The position numbers and the translations under genes are program-made. A stretch of DNA of 64,000 bases from an uncultured Acetatifactor sp. Its GTDB lineage: Bacteria; Bacillota; Clostridia; Lachnospirales; Lachnospiraceae. Shown here piece after piece: positions 53,172 through 62,989 of this stretch. The stretch lies in contig CAJTXE010000004.1 of NCBI GenBank assembly GCA_910580225.1, positions 3,821-67,820 of the forward strand. Direction: 5' to 3'. Under the pieces are notes generated by a model. That model was not told where the DNA came from, searched no databases, and saw only the letters and a program-made list of their open reading frames with translations. Every line of letters starts with the position of its first letter. Position 1 is the first letter of the stretch.

Positions 53172-54338
53172 GTGGTGGTTTATAGGTATGGTAAAAAAAT
53201 ATGCGGACCTGTATCTTTGCTTTCTTTGGGTTGCAGGAGGTTTCCGGCATTAGGCGATAATAGTGCGGATGTCATTAAAAATCAGATATATGAAATGATA
53301 GATTACGCATATAAAAACGGAGTTACATATTTTGATACTACTGTTATGAATATGAAAAACAATAACGGAAACACGGAAGGAATTAGCGAGGTTGTTTTGG
53401 GGGAATATTTTGCGCAGCAAGGGCGGAACAATGTAATGTTGGGGGCAAAGCTGCCGTGGGAGTTTTGTAAAAATAAAGAGAACTGTGATCATTATTTTAA
53501 AATCCAGACAGAGAGGCTTCGTACAGATTATGTTGACATATATTTGCTGCAGGGATTAAATCAAGACGTTTGGAATGGGATAAAGGATAGCTTTCTTATT
53601 GACTATATGTTGGAGCTGAAAAAAGAAGGAAAAATTAGGTATATTGGGTTTTCTTTTGATGGTCCATATGAGGGATTTTGTGATGTGGTTTCATATGGAA
53701 TATGGGATTTATGCCAGATTCAGATGAATGTGGCTGATATGTTTTCACAAGTTACCATAAAAGGATTAAAAAAGGCGTTCGATGAAGGCGTAGATGTTTT
53801 TGTTACAGAACCGCTTAGAGGAGGAAAACTGTTAAATAATATTCCTGTTGCGGTTCTGGAAAAGTATAACAAACTTGGGAATAGATATTCGGTTGCAGAG
53901 TGGTGCTTCCGGTGGCTGTATGACTCCCCCTATATAACAAGTATACTATGCGGCATGAGAAATATACAACAGCTGAAAAGCGATATTCAAGTATTTCAGG
54001 AAGCGTCGCCGGATTGTCTTTCCGATGATGAAAAGAATATAATAAAAGATATTTGCAGGTTATATAATTCCATAGATATACAATGTACGGAATGTGGCTG
54101 CTGCAGGGAATGTATGAATGGTCTAAACATACCTCAAATAGTTACGATAGTTAAATCGATGCTAGTATCAAATAATTCGTTTGCTAATAAGATTAAGTAT
54201 CGACGCCTGACTTCGGGAGAGAAGGATATTGGCAAATGTAAAGAGTGTGAAAAATGTGCAATTGAATGTTCAAAGAAAATAGATATTGCTGATATGATGC
54301 ATGGTATATTGGATTATCTGGATTTCCATTTCGGATAA
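53172..54338 (+). CDS. Aldo/keto reductase with C-terminal ferredoxin-like Cys cluster
   Basis: GVTYFDT, RLRTDYVDIYLL, GKIRYIGFS, EPLRGG; C-terminal CTECGCC and CKECEKC-x-x-x-C. Confidence 0.88.
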   Translation: MVVYRYGKKICGPVSLLSLGCRRFPALGDNSADVIKNQIYEMIDYAYKNGVTYFDTTVMNMKNNNGNTEGISEVVLGEYFAQQGRNNVMLGAKLPWEFCKNKENCDHYFKIQTERLRTDYVDIYLLQGLNQDVWNGIKDSFLIDYMLELKKEGKIRYIGFSFDGPYEGFCDVVSYGIWDLCQIQMNVADMFSQVTIKGLKKAFDEGVDVFVTEPLRGGKLLNNIPVAVLEKYNKLGNRYSVAEWCFRWLYDSPYITSILCGMRNIQQLKSDIQVFQEASPDCLSDDEKNIIKDICRLYNSIDIQCTECGCCRECMNGLNIPQIVTIVKSMLVSNNSFANKIKYRRLTSGEKDIGKCKECEKCAIECSKKIDIADMMHGILDYLDFHFG

Positions 54339-54372
54339 GGATGATGGAGCTGAAGGGAAAGAAGCAGCTGTT

Positions 54373-56256
54373 ATGGCAAAGGAAAATTATATGGAAAAGC
54401 AGAAAAGAAAGCAATATAAGGTAATGATGGCAGTATTTTGTCTATTCAGGCGGTCATATGACTGGAACCCGGCATATTTAGCTATTCTGGCCGGACGTGT
54501 GGTGATAAACGCGCTGAGGCCTTTTCCGGCTATTATTTTTCCAGCGCTCATTGTGGATACCCTACTGGGAGGAGGTGTATTTGGAGAGGTCCTAAGCCTG
54601 GTTTTGGCTATGGCGGGGAGCACTTTTCTGTTGGCATTGCTGGACATATGGTCAGGGAAGGGACTGGTGTTGTTGCAGAGCAGATTTAAGGATTACCTAA
54701 ACGGTAAAATATCAGAAAAGCAGCAGCACATGTCTTTGGAAAAAATGGAAAGTGTGGAAGTGCGGGAGCTCTTTAACAGGGCAGACAATGCGGTCAGTGG
54801 CGAATTGAGCTATGCAGTTCGCACATTGGGGGGAGACAGAGGCGCGGATGCCATAGGGACGGAAATGATTAACCTGGTATCAGGTGTCCTGAGGGCGATG
54901 GTATTGGTGTCCGCATTGTTGCGGCTGGGCTTGGTATCGGCAATTGTTATATTGGTGGTACTGACATTTCATATGTTCGGGGGAAGCAGGGAAAAGCGTG
55001 CTGCTTATGAGGAGCGGGTAAAAACTACGCCATTCAGGAATAAGAATCAGTATGTTACCAATGTGATGGTAGATTTCCGGTTTGCCAAAGAAATCCGATT
55101 GTATGGGTTACAGGATTTTCTAATGGGAAAATTTAAGAAGAATAAGCAAGGCTTCTATGTGGCACGGAAGGAAGCAAAACCTGCATATTACTTTTCTCAT
55201 GGTCTGGGTATTCTGGGGGAACTGTTACAGATGGCAGTTACTTATGGGTATCTGTTGACGGGCGTGCTTTGGGGTAGCATAACCATTGGTGAATTTACTG
55301 GGTATGTAGCGGCACTGAATAATCTGTCCGCTACATTGGTGATGATAGTACAGGCATATTTAAATATTCATCTGTATGGAGAATATTTTATTGATTTTGA
55401 AAAGGTCATGGCTCTCGAGGAGGAGAACAGTTCAGATTCCTTATCTGTCTATGGACAAAGCGGAGACCAGGACAGTGTTCTTAGCCAAGGTGAGAGTGCG
55501 AAGGCCATTGTTTTCAGCAATGTATCCTTCAGCTATCCGGGAACAGACAGAAAGGCTCTGGACAATGTTTCGCTGGAGCTTCCGTCAAAGGGCAGTATTT
55601 CGGTTGTTGGGCAGAATGGTTCAGGAAAGTCAACATTGATAAAGCTGCTGCTCAGACTTTACAGGCCGGATGAAGGCAATATTTATTGGGATGGAAGAGA
55701 TATATGGGAGATTCCTCTGAATGAATATCGGAAAAAGGTGGCGGCAGTCTTTCAGGATTATTCCATTTTTGCTCTGGACATTCGTGATAATGTGGCTCCA
55801 GGAGGGGAGAATGATGAAAAGATATGGGATTGTCTTCGACAGGTGGGAGTAGATGGAACAGTGAAAAAGTTGCCCAGGCAGTTGGATACTTTGCTGTTCG
55901 GCTATTACCACGAGGAAGGTGTCGACCTTTCGGGTGGTGAGAAACAAAAGCTTGCCATAGCCAGAATGTTGCACAAAGACTCAGCATTAATGATACTGGA
56001 TGAACCAACAGCAGCCTTGGACCCGCGGGCAGAATTGGAAATATATGAGCAGGTTCACAGGTTGGCAGGTGAGAGGGCAGTATTGTACATATCTCACAGG
56101 ATGTCAAGCTGCCATTTTTCTGATATCATCCTGGTACTGGAGGAGGGGCGTGTGGCAGAATGTGGCACGCACAATGATCTAATGGAGAGGAAATCCCTTT
56201 ATTATCGGTTATATCAATCCCAAGCAGAATGCTATAAAGGAGGTAAGGCCGTATGA
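54373..56256 (+). CDS. ABC exporter, fused TMD-NBD subunit
   Basis: TM helices, AKEIRLY, GQNGSGKST, LSGGEKQK, LDEPT; start approximate. Confidence 0.92.
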   Translation: MAKENYMEKQKRKQYKVMMAVFCLFRRSYDWNPAYLAILAGRVVINALRPFPAIIFPALIVDTLLGGGVFGEVLSLVLAMAGSTFLLALLDIWSGKGLVLLQSRFKDYLNGKISEKQQHMSLEKMESVEVRELFNRADNAVSGELSYAVRTLGGDRGADAIGTEMINLVSGVLRAMVLVSALLRLGLVSAIVILVVLTFHMFGGSREKRAAYEERVKTTPFRNKNQYVTNVMVDFRFAKEIRLYGLQDFLMGKFKKNKQGFYVARKEAKPAYYFSHGLGILGELLQMAVTYGYLLTGVLWGSITIGEFTGYVAALNNLSATLVMIVQAYLNIHLYGEYFIDFEKVMALEEENSSDSLSVYGQSGDQDSVLSQGESAKAIVFSNVSFSYPGTDRKALDNVSLELPSKGSISVVGQNGSGKSTLIKLLLRLYRPDEGNIYWDGRDIWEIPLNEYRKKVAAVFQDYSIFALDIRDNVAPGGENDEKIWDCLRQVGVDGTVKKLPRQLDTLLFGYYHEEGVDLSGGEKQKLAIARMLHKDSALMILDEPTAALDPRAELEIYEQVHRLAGERAVLYISHRMSSCHFSDIILVLEEGRVAECGTHNDLMERKSLYYRLYQSQAECYKGGKAV

Positions 56257-58004
56257 AGAAATCCTTGTCGGCAATCAGAAAAGCATTTCAGCTTGTATGG
56301 TCTGTAGACAGGTTATACCCATTCCTTTTACTTACCAGGAGCTTGCTTTCTTCGAGCTTTCCGCTGTATTTGTCTTTTTGCGCCAGCAGCTTAGTGAATG
56401 AAATGGCGGGAGAAAAAAGGGTAAGGACTACGCTTGTTATCTTGGCATTTCTTCTGGCAGGTGTTCTGTTAAGCAAGGTGGGAACGGCTGTGCTGGACTG
56501 GAACTGTTCTTCGCGCTATATGAAGATTCAAGATTCTTTCATTGCCAAAAACAGTATGAAGGCAATGAAGATGGAATATTCTGCCACGGAGGACGCTAAA
56601 GTGCTGGATCTATACGGACACGTTTGGCTGTCTAATCTGTCTCCAGGCACAATCTTGGAAAAGGTATTTTCCCTGACAGGCAATATACTGCAGTTGGCGG
56701 GGTGTATTGGTGTCATACTACACTTGGGGATGTTTTTGCTTGGTGTTACAGCTGTGTTTGTGGCGTTTTATTATTGGCTGGAGTATTGGATGGGGCTTTT
56801 TGAACGGCGATATGCGGAAGAAGTGGTCCTGACAACACGGAGCATAGATTATTGTCGCCAGTGCATGGGGGATGTTTCCAATGTAAAGGATATTCGTCTG
56901 TATTATCCGGAATCTTTTTTTCTGGGGCGCCTGCACCATTTTCAAGGGGTCAGGATGGAGAAGCAGCGGGAAAAAGAATTAGCCTGTGGGAGGGTACAGT
57001 CGATACAGTCAGCGCTGCAGATGCTGCAGACAATGATTCTATATATGGTGCTTATTCATTGGTTTTTGAAAGGGGATATCCAGATAGGATATTTTTCGCT
57101 GGCGGTATCATCTATCACGATATTTATGAATGCGGTAAACAATGTGTCGGGTGCATGGAACCAGATTTTAAGGAACGAGGTTTTTCTTGGGCATTTAGAC
57201 CGCTTCCAAAAACTGCCCGAAAGAACGGGAAGAACTGAGGCAGGAACTAATACATCGGCTGTCATAAGCTTTAAAGATGTCTGGTTCCGTTATCCAGGAG
57301 CAGAAGAATACGCACTTAGAGCCATCAACGTGGAGTTGAATGCTGGGGAAATTTTAACGATTGTTGGGGAGAATGGGTCGGGAAAAACCACCTTTGTGAA
57401 ATTGATGTTAGGCCTCTACCATCCTACAAAGGGGGAAATCCTTTTGAATGGTATTCCTGTGGATGAATATTCAGAGAAAGCATACAGAAAGGCATTTTCT
57501 CCCGTATTCCAGGATTTCCAGCTATTTGCCTACAGCATTAGAGAGAATCTTGTCTTTGAAGGAAACTATAACAAAAATAAGATAGAGGAGATGCTGGATG
57601 GTCTCCAGATCCTGCGGAAAGTCGCATGTCTGCCGGAAGGGCTGGAGCAATGTGTTGGAAAGGGCTTCGAGGAAAATGGGGTGGAATTATCGGGTGGCGA
57701 AAGGCAAAAGCTTGCTATAGCCCGGGCTCTTTTGCGGGACAGCTTATGCCTGGTACTGGATGAACCAACTGCTGCCTTAGATCCAATTGCTGAGACAGAG
57801 TTATATAAGAAGATACGCAAATGGGCGGGAAAAAGGGCATGTGTTTTCATTACCCATCGATTGTCTGGCGTATATTTTAGTGATCAGGTATTATTTTTTC
57901 AAAATGGAACAATTGCGGAAAAAGGTACTTGCCAGGAATTGATAAACAAAAAGGCCCTTTTCTACCAGTTTTATGAGCTGCAGGCACAGTTTTATGAGGG
58001 GTGA
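56253..58004 (+). CDS. ABC exporter, fused TMD-NBD subunit (heterodimer partner)
   Basis: KDIRLY, GENGSGKTT, LSGGERQK, LDEPT; overlaps the previous gene. Confidence 0.92.
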   Translation: MKKSLSAIRKAFQLVWSVDRLYPFLLLTRSLLSSSFPLYLSFCASSLVNEMAGEKRVRTTLVILAFLLAGVLLSKVGTAVLDWNCSSRYMKIQDSFIAKNSMKAMKMEYSATEDAKVLDLYGHVWLSNLSPGTILEKVFSLTGNILQLAGCIGVILHLGMFLLGVTAVFVAFYYWLEYWMGLFERRYAEEVVLTTRSIDYCRQCMGDVSNVKDIRLYYPESFFLGRLHHFQGVRMEKQREKELACGRVQSIQSALQMLQTMILYMVLIHWFLKGDIQIGYFSLAVSSITIFMNAVNNVSGAWNQILRNEVFLGHLDRFQKLPERTGRTEAGTNTSAVISFKDVWFRYPGAEEYALRAINVELNAGEILTIVGENGSGKTTFVKLMLGLYHPTKGEILLNGIPVDEYSEKAYRKAFSPVFQDFQLFAYSIRENLVFEGNYNKNKIEEMLDGLQILRKVACLPEGLEQCVGKGFEENGVELSGGERQKLAIARALLRDSLCLVLDEPTAALDPIAETELYKKIRKWAGKRACVFITHRLSGVYFSDQVLFFQNGTIAEKGTCQELINKKALFYQFYELQAQFYEG

Positions 58005-58052
58005 ATGAAAAAACTGTAAGATTTTTCTGAAGCGCTGCCAGATATTGCCTGA

Positions 58053-58784
58053 GCTGGACGAAGAGCAGGATATAATGGGACGAACGGAGGCTCCATTTAC
58101 AGTATTCTTGGACGCAATGGTGCCGGAAAGACTACCCTGTTTCGCTGTATCAATGAAGATTTGGCATTTGAGGGAGGAGAGATTGTATTGGAGGAAGACG
58201 GAGTGCGCCGTCCTTTGACTTTTGAGGATGTGGGGATCGTATCTGCGTCGCCGGTGCTTCCGGATTTTTTGACAGGGTATGAGTTTGTTCACTTTTTTGT
58301 GAAACTGAATATGCAGGAAAAGCTTTCCAAGGAAGAGACTTCTCAAAGCATTGACTCCTATTTTGACTTGATGCACATGGATGAGGAGGATCGCCATAAA
58401 CTGATTAAGAATTATTCCTACGGGATGAAGAATAAACTGCAGCTTTTGTGCTGCCTGATTCGTAACCCTAAAATTATTTTGCTGGATGAGCCACTTTCCT
58501 CTTTCGATATCATTGTGTCCCATGATATCAAGGAAACGCTGCTGCGCATGAAGGGCAGTCATATTATTATCATGGCGACTCATATCATGCAGCTTGCCCA
58601 GGACATGAGCGACGAGATCGTACTGCTCCGAGAGGGCAGGCTGGAGGCGGTGAAGGAGCTGGACCTGCATGGAGCTGAGTTTGAGAATTATATCATTCAG
58701 GCGCTGCAGGGACAGGCGGAAGACGGGTTGCAGAGGGAAACGCAGGTTCGGGGAGAACAGCACTCTGCGTCGGAAGTGAGGTGA
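58053..58784 (+). pseudogene. ABC ATPase lacking its N-terminus
   Basis: Walker A GRNGAGKTT is in frame upstream of the TTG at 58161, but an in-frame TGA at 58050 leaves no start codon before it; YSYGMK and LLDEPL present. Confidence 0.7.
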
Positions 58785-60406
58785 GGGCTGTGGGAAGGAA
58801 GAATATCGGATATACAGCCGAAAAAATTACAAATGGTTTCAGCATTTACGGAGAAGTATACCTGACGATTCAGACCAATACTTTTTTGTACTATATGAGC
58901 AGGCTTCCGGTATTAAACAGGATGATTCGTGATTCCTGGTACAGGCACTACAGGCTGAAAAAAATATGGGCTTTGTTCAGTCTTGCCTTTGGCTTTGCCA
59001 GAACAGCCCTGGCGAATAACATTGGTACATTGGTTACGCTCTATGTGTTTCCTAATCTGTTTTTGAAAGAGGAAGAGGTGACTCCGGGGGTTTTCCTTAT
59101 GCTTTTTCTTTTACTGAAGTGCCTCAGTGGGGCGTTGATGGAGTGCGGACTGTTTAAGACAACCGCGGAGGACTATACCTTTTTAAACCATTTTATGGTA
59201 AATCCGGTGACCTATTACCGGTATAAGGCGCTTAAGAATGCGTTTTTTTCCAGTGTAATGCTTTTTCCGGTTCTATTCTTTCTGTTCCGGGACTGGGGAA
59301 TGGTTGCGGTCATGATACTTCTGAAGCTTTTCTGTGTGCTGTGCGGTAATGTGGTGTATCTGCACTTTTATCGGAAATACGGAAGGCTGCCGGGCAGGCG
59401 TGCACGCCGCCTGGTGTCATTCCCTCTGATTCTGCTCACATATACAGGTGCGTTTCTGGGGCTGTATGAAAATATAGTATTCGGTCCGGCAGCACAGACG
59501 GCGGTTGCTGCTGTCAGTTTTGCGTTTGCAGCGTTTTGCTGGCGTTATCATCTGCAATATTCGGATTACAAGAAGATTGCTGTAAAGTTTGCGAACCAGA
59601 GTGCGGTAACATTTCAAATTACTGTCCAGAGCAGTTCTGTGGGGGAGGAGGAAAACGGTCTTCTGGAGTCAGGATGGGAAGAGAACAGGGATTTTTTTAA
59701 AGCCCACGGAGAGGAGACGTCGGAGAGATATCTGGATCTGGCGTTTTTCAGCCGTTTCGGAAGGGCCCTGCGCAAAGAGAGGCGCAGCAAGGTGTTGGTG
59801 ATGCTTTTGATCGGTGTGATTCTTGGCTTCGGCATCCGGTTTGGCTGGCTTCCGGTTACCCCGGATACAGTGCTGGACTATTCTCCGGTGCTGATTGCAT
59901 TTGTCACATCCATGACCTTTGCCAGCCGCCTGCTGCAGGTTTATTTTCGCAATATTGACCTGCACATGCTTTACCATCATATCGCAACACCTGAGTTTAT
60001 CAGGAGCAGTATGCTGCGGAGATATCTGTATCTGCTGAAGGGTGATCTGCTGACAGCTGTGGGAATGATTGTCAATCTGCTGCTGATGCTGTTTGTGGCC
60101 GGTCTATCCCTGCCTGCGGATACGGTTGTAAAGCTGGCGGCAGTGTGTATTGCGTTTTTGTTGTTCTGGGAAACTTATGAATTCATTGTCTACTACATTG
60201 TACAGCCATACTCTGTGGATATGACGGCGAAAAGCCCTGTGTTCAAGGCCCTTGGATATCTGGAGAGTCTGTTTTATCTCCTTGTCCTGTTTGTGCGCAG
60301 GGATCTGACAGCGGCGCTGCCATGGGTGTGCGCGGCTGCAGGAGCGTCGGTGCTTGTGTTTTTTGTGAGTAGAAAAATCGCACCGCGGACATTTCGGCTG
60401 CGGTAG
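58781..60406 (+). CDS. Polytopic membrane protein, probable ABC permease
   Basis: About 12 hydrophobic segments, QPY motif; overlaps the ATPase stop. Confidence 0.75.
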   Translation: MRAVGRKNIGYTAEKITNGFSIYGEVYLTIQTNTFLYYMSRLPVLNRMIRDSWYRHYRLKKIWALFSLAFGFARTALANNIGTLVTLYVFPNLFLKEEEVTPGVFLMLFLLLKCLSGALMECGLFKTTAEDYTFLNHFMVNPVTYYRYKALKNAFFSSVMLFPVLFFLFRDWGMVAVMILLKLFCVLCGNVVYLHFYRKYGRLPGRRARRLVSFPLILLTYTGAFLGLYENIVFGPAAQTAVAAVSFAFAAFCWRYHLQYSDYKKIAVKFANQSAVTFQITVQSSSVGEEENGLLESGWEENRDFFKAHGEETSERYLDLAFFSRFGRALRKERRSKVLVMLLIGVILGFGIRFGWLPVTPDTVLDYSPVLIAFVTSMTFASRLLQVYFRNIDLHMLYHHIATPEFIRSSMLRRYLYLLKGDLLTAVGMIVNLLLMLFVAGLSLPADTVVKLAAVCIAFLLFWETYEFIVYYIVQPYSVDMTAKSPVFKALGYLESLFYLLVLFVRRDLTAALPWVCAAAGASVLVFFVSRKIAPRTFRLR

Positions 60407-60430
60407 ATCTAAAGAATGAAGGAAAACGTT

Positions 60431-60589
60431 ATGACGATAATAGGTAAACCGTCGAGCATAATTCCGGTAATATTATGTGGTGCTAACAAAAACTCCAGCT
60501 ATAAAACATCATGTGAAACTCAGAGAATCGCAATGATTGTTTCAAAAGTCGATGATGAGAAATCATTATCAAACACAAAGGCAGCATAG
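60431..60589 (+). CDS. 52-aa Cys-containing peptide, candidate RiPP precursor (not in ORF track)
   Basis: MTIIGKPSSIIPVILCGANKNSSYKTSCETQRIAMIVSKVDDEKSLSNTKAA; AAGGA RBS; followed by a large hairpin. Confidence 0.5.
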   Translation: MTIIGKPSSIIPVILCGANKNSSYKTSCETQRIAMIVSKVDDEKSLSNTKAA

Positions 60590-60604
60590 CTACTGCATGC
60601 TGTA

Positions 60605-60638
60605 AAAAGATTGTGGCACATATGTGTCACAATCTTTT
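60605..60638. terminator. 34-bp near-perfect palindrome (terminator or mRNA-stabilising stem)
   Basis: AAAAGATTGTGGCACAT/ATGTGTCACAATCTTTT, 16 of 17 pairs plus one G-T. Confidence 0.7.
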
Positions 60639-60695
60639 GTGTAACGCCCCATGGAAGATTTTGTATAAATGTAAAATTTATATTTTGGAGGGTTC

Positions 60696-62378
60696 ATGCG
60701 AAGATTTTTATTAAAGTGCAAGAAGGAAATTGTGTTGTTTCTCACGGCAAATACGATTTGGGCGGGAATTGGAATATCTTTGGCCTTTCTGTTGGAGTAT
60801 ATAGCAGACACTGTTATCCAGGGGAGAGGAAACCGCATTACATTTATTGTGTTGCTGGTAATCGTTTATCTGTTATTAGACACATTTTTTGAGTTTTCGT
60901 CCAATTATACAGAGTTATTGCTGCGTACGAGGTTTTCTTTTCTGCTGCGGAATGCGCTGGTCCGGCGGATACAGAAGTGCAGCATAGAGGAAAAAGAGAA
61001 AATAGGTGATGCACATTATCTGTCCATGCTGAACAATAATGTAGCAGAAGTGGAGGGGGAATATGTTGGCGGAATATTAATTGTGGTATTTCAGGTGATT
61101 TCCCTGATATTTGCGCTGATTGCTACTACTGTCATACAGCCTGTACTGACGGTGATTATTATCGTGCTGTGTGTCCTGCCGCTCATTGTGCCCCGAATTC
61201 TGAAAGGTAAGCTTGAGAATGTGAATCGGGAGGCAATCCGTGCAAAAGCAGCTTATCTGAATGTTTTAAATGAACTGGTGGAAGGATTTCTGACCATCAA
61301 GATATTCGGAAGAGAATCTGAAGTGAACCGCTTTCATGACAGAACCAACGAAGAGATTATGGTAAAAATGCGAAATAACGCAAAATGGAAGCGTATTTCC
61401 ATGTCTTTGTCCTATGGGATGGGAAATATGGTAGTATTGGGAGCTTGGGTAGTGGGGATGTTTTTCGCATTGGCCGGTTCTCTTGATTTTCCGCAGCTGA
61501 TAGCGCTGACCACCCTGATGAATATGGTGGCAGGGCCCTTTCAGATTATCAGTGAATATTATGCGGGCATTATATCCGGGCATGCAATCGCAGAAGACTT
61601 GATAGAATTTATTGATTCCGGAGCAGAAGACGGGCAAAGCTATAAATCCAGCGAGGAAAATATAAATTCCATTGAACTGGACGATATTTCCATTGTCCGG
61701 GACGGACATTCTATTCTTGAAAATGTACATTTCTCTGCTGATTGTGGACAGAAAATCTGTGTGATCGGGAGCAGCGGGAGCGGAAAGAGCACTTTGCTGA
61801 AGGCTATAGCGGGGATAGCAGATATTCAGAATGGAAGACTGCTGGTCAATCATATGCCGGTGGAGAAGAATGGTGGGCTGACGCACAGAAACATGTTGTT
61901 TTTGGCTCAAAACACGATCCTTTTTTCGGCTACAATCCGTGATAATGTAACTTTATTTAAGGAAATGCCAAAGCATGTGGTTGAAGAGGTCATACATAAG
62001 GCAGGAATGACAGAATGGCTCAAAAGTGCAGGAGGAGATATCAACCGAGCATTTGAGAAAAACAGTATCAATCTTTCCGGAGGCGAGCAGAGGAGAATTG
62101 ATTTTGCACGTACAATGACAGAAGATGCGGAGGTTCTGCTGTTTGACGAACCAACAGCAGGACTGGATGCTTTTTATGCAAGAAATATCATGGAACAGAT
62201 ATGTGCTATGTCAAACCGGATGATTGTGGTTGCAACACATGATTTGGAAAAAGAAAATTTACAGCGTTTTGATTATGTGTATATGCTGGAGAACGGAAAG
62301 GTGGTGGCGGAGGATACTCCGGATAATATGGTGAATCATCTGATGTATCTTTCTTTGAAGCAGGGGGGTAAAGCATGA
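60696..62378 (+). CDS. ABC exporter, fused TMD-NBD
   Basis: TM helices, GSSGSGKST, LSGGEQRR, FDEPT; GGAGG RBS. Confidence 0.92.
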   Translation: MRRFLLKCKKEIVLFLTANTIWAGIGISLAFLLEYIADTVIQGRGNRITFIVLLVIVYLLLDTFFEFSSNYTELLLRTRFSFLLRNALVRRIQKCSIEEKEKIGDAHYLSMLNNNVAEVEGEYVGGILIVVFQVISLIFALIATTVIQPVLTVIIIVLCVLPLIVPRILKGKLENVNREAIRAKAAYLNVLNELVEGFLTIKIFGRESEVNRFHDRTNEEIMVKMRNNAKWKRISMSLSYGMGNMVVLGAWVVGMFFALAGSLDFPQLIALTTLMNMVAGPFQIISEYYAGIISGHAIAEDLIEFIDSGAEDGQSYKSSEENINSIELDDISIVRDGHSILENVHFSADCGQKICVIGSSGSGKSTLLKAIAGIADIQNGRLLVNHMPVEKNGGLTHRNMLFLAQNTILFSATIRDNVTLFKEMPKHVVEEVIHKAGMTEWLKSAGGDINRAFEKNSINLSGGEQRRIDFARTMTEDAEVLLFDEPTAGLDAFYARNIMEQICAMSNRMIVVATHDLEKENLQRFDYVYMLENGKVVAEDTPDNMVNHLMYLSLKQGGKA

Positions 62379-62735
62379 GAGAGTCTCAGTTTTTGGTAAC
62401 TATTCCGGTAGAGGATGGGGTATTGTTGTTTCATACTTTGAATAGTGCTTTAGTTCATCTGAATAAAGAAGAGTATCGCTTGGTAAAGAATATTTCAAAT
62501 GATAGCTTTATATTTAATTGTGAACAGATGGAATTTTTAGAGAGTTTAAAGGAGTTGGGGCTTATAGTAGAGAGAAAAAATGAGTTCTCCAAAATGGTTG
62601 AACAGTATTGGGAATTTCGGAATTCGGAGGAATATATAAAGGTACCTGGTTGCGCCTACTACAAAATGCAATTTTGCGTGTTCCTATTGTTTTGAGCATC
62701 TTTTGAAGATTTTATTTTGCTTGTTTATACGGTAG
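62375..62735 (+). pseudogene. Truncated, frameshifted radical SAM peptide-maturase-type gene
   Basis: RRE/PqqD-like N-terminus (GVLLFHTLNSALVHL...LKELGLIV); the +1 frame reads APTTKCNFACSYCFE (62667-62690) and stops at 62735. Confidence 0.8.
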
Positions 62736-62742
62736 TGTATTT

Positions 62743-62885
62743 AATTTTGTGTCTTTGTCCTTCCATCTTATTCCAGAGGCCGGGTGTGGTCAGGCAGAAC
62801 CCACGAGCCCTTATAAATACTGGCTTTCTGGATATTTCGAATGAGTAAAAATCCACCAAGGCATAAAGTTTAAAGACACATAATT
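62743..62885. mobile_element. Possible miniature IS remnant with 14-bp terminal inverted repeats
   Basis: AATTTTGTGTCTTT...AAAGACACATAATT (13/14 match), located where the radical SAM gene breaks off. Confidence 0.4.
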
Positions 62886-62989
62886 ATGTTCATGTTCCTC
62901 CTTTTGAACGCAAAAAAAGACGCATGGTTTACAATTTACTGTTCCATGCGCCTTTACGCTGTTTTATTGATATTAAATTATTTTGGTAA

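Noticed and set aside
47703..54338. Aminoglycoside (butirosin-like) cluster
   Set aside because: Despite BtrH/BtrI/BtrN-like parts, there is no DOI synthase, aminotransferase or glycosyltransferase in the window
60559..60645. Second Cys-rich precursor (IIIKHKGSIATACCK.../KDCGTYVS)
   Set aside because: No in-frame start or RBS, it needs frameshifts, and it overlaps the palindrome; too speculative
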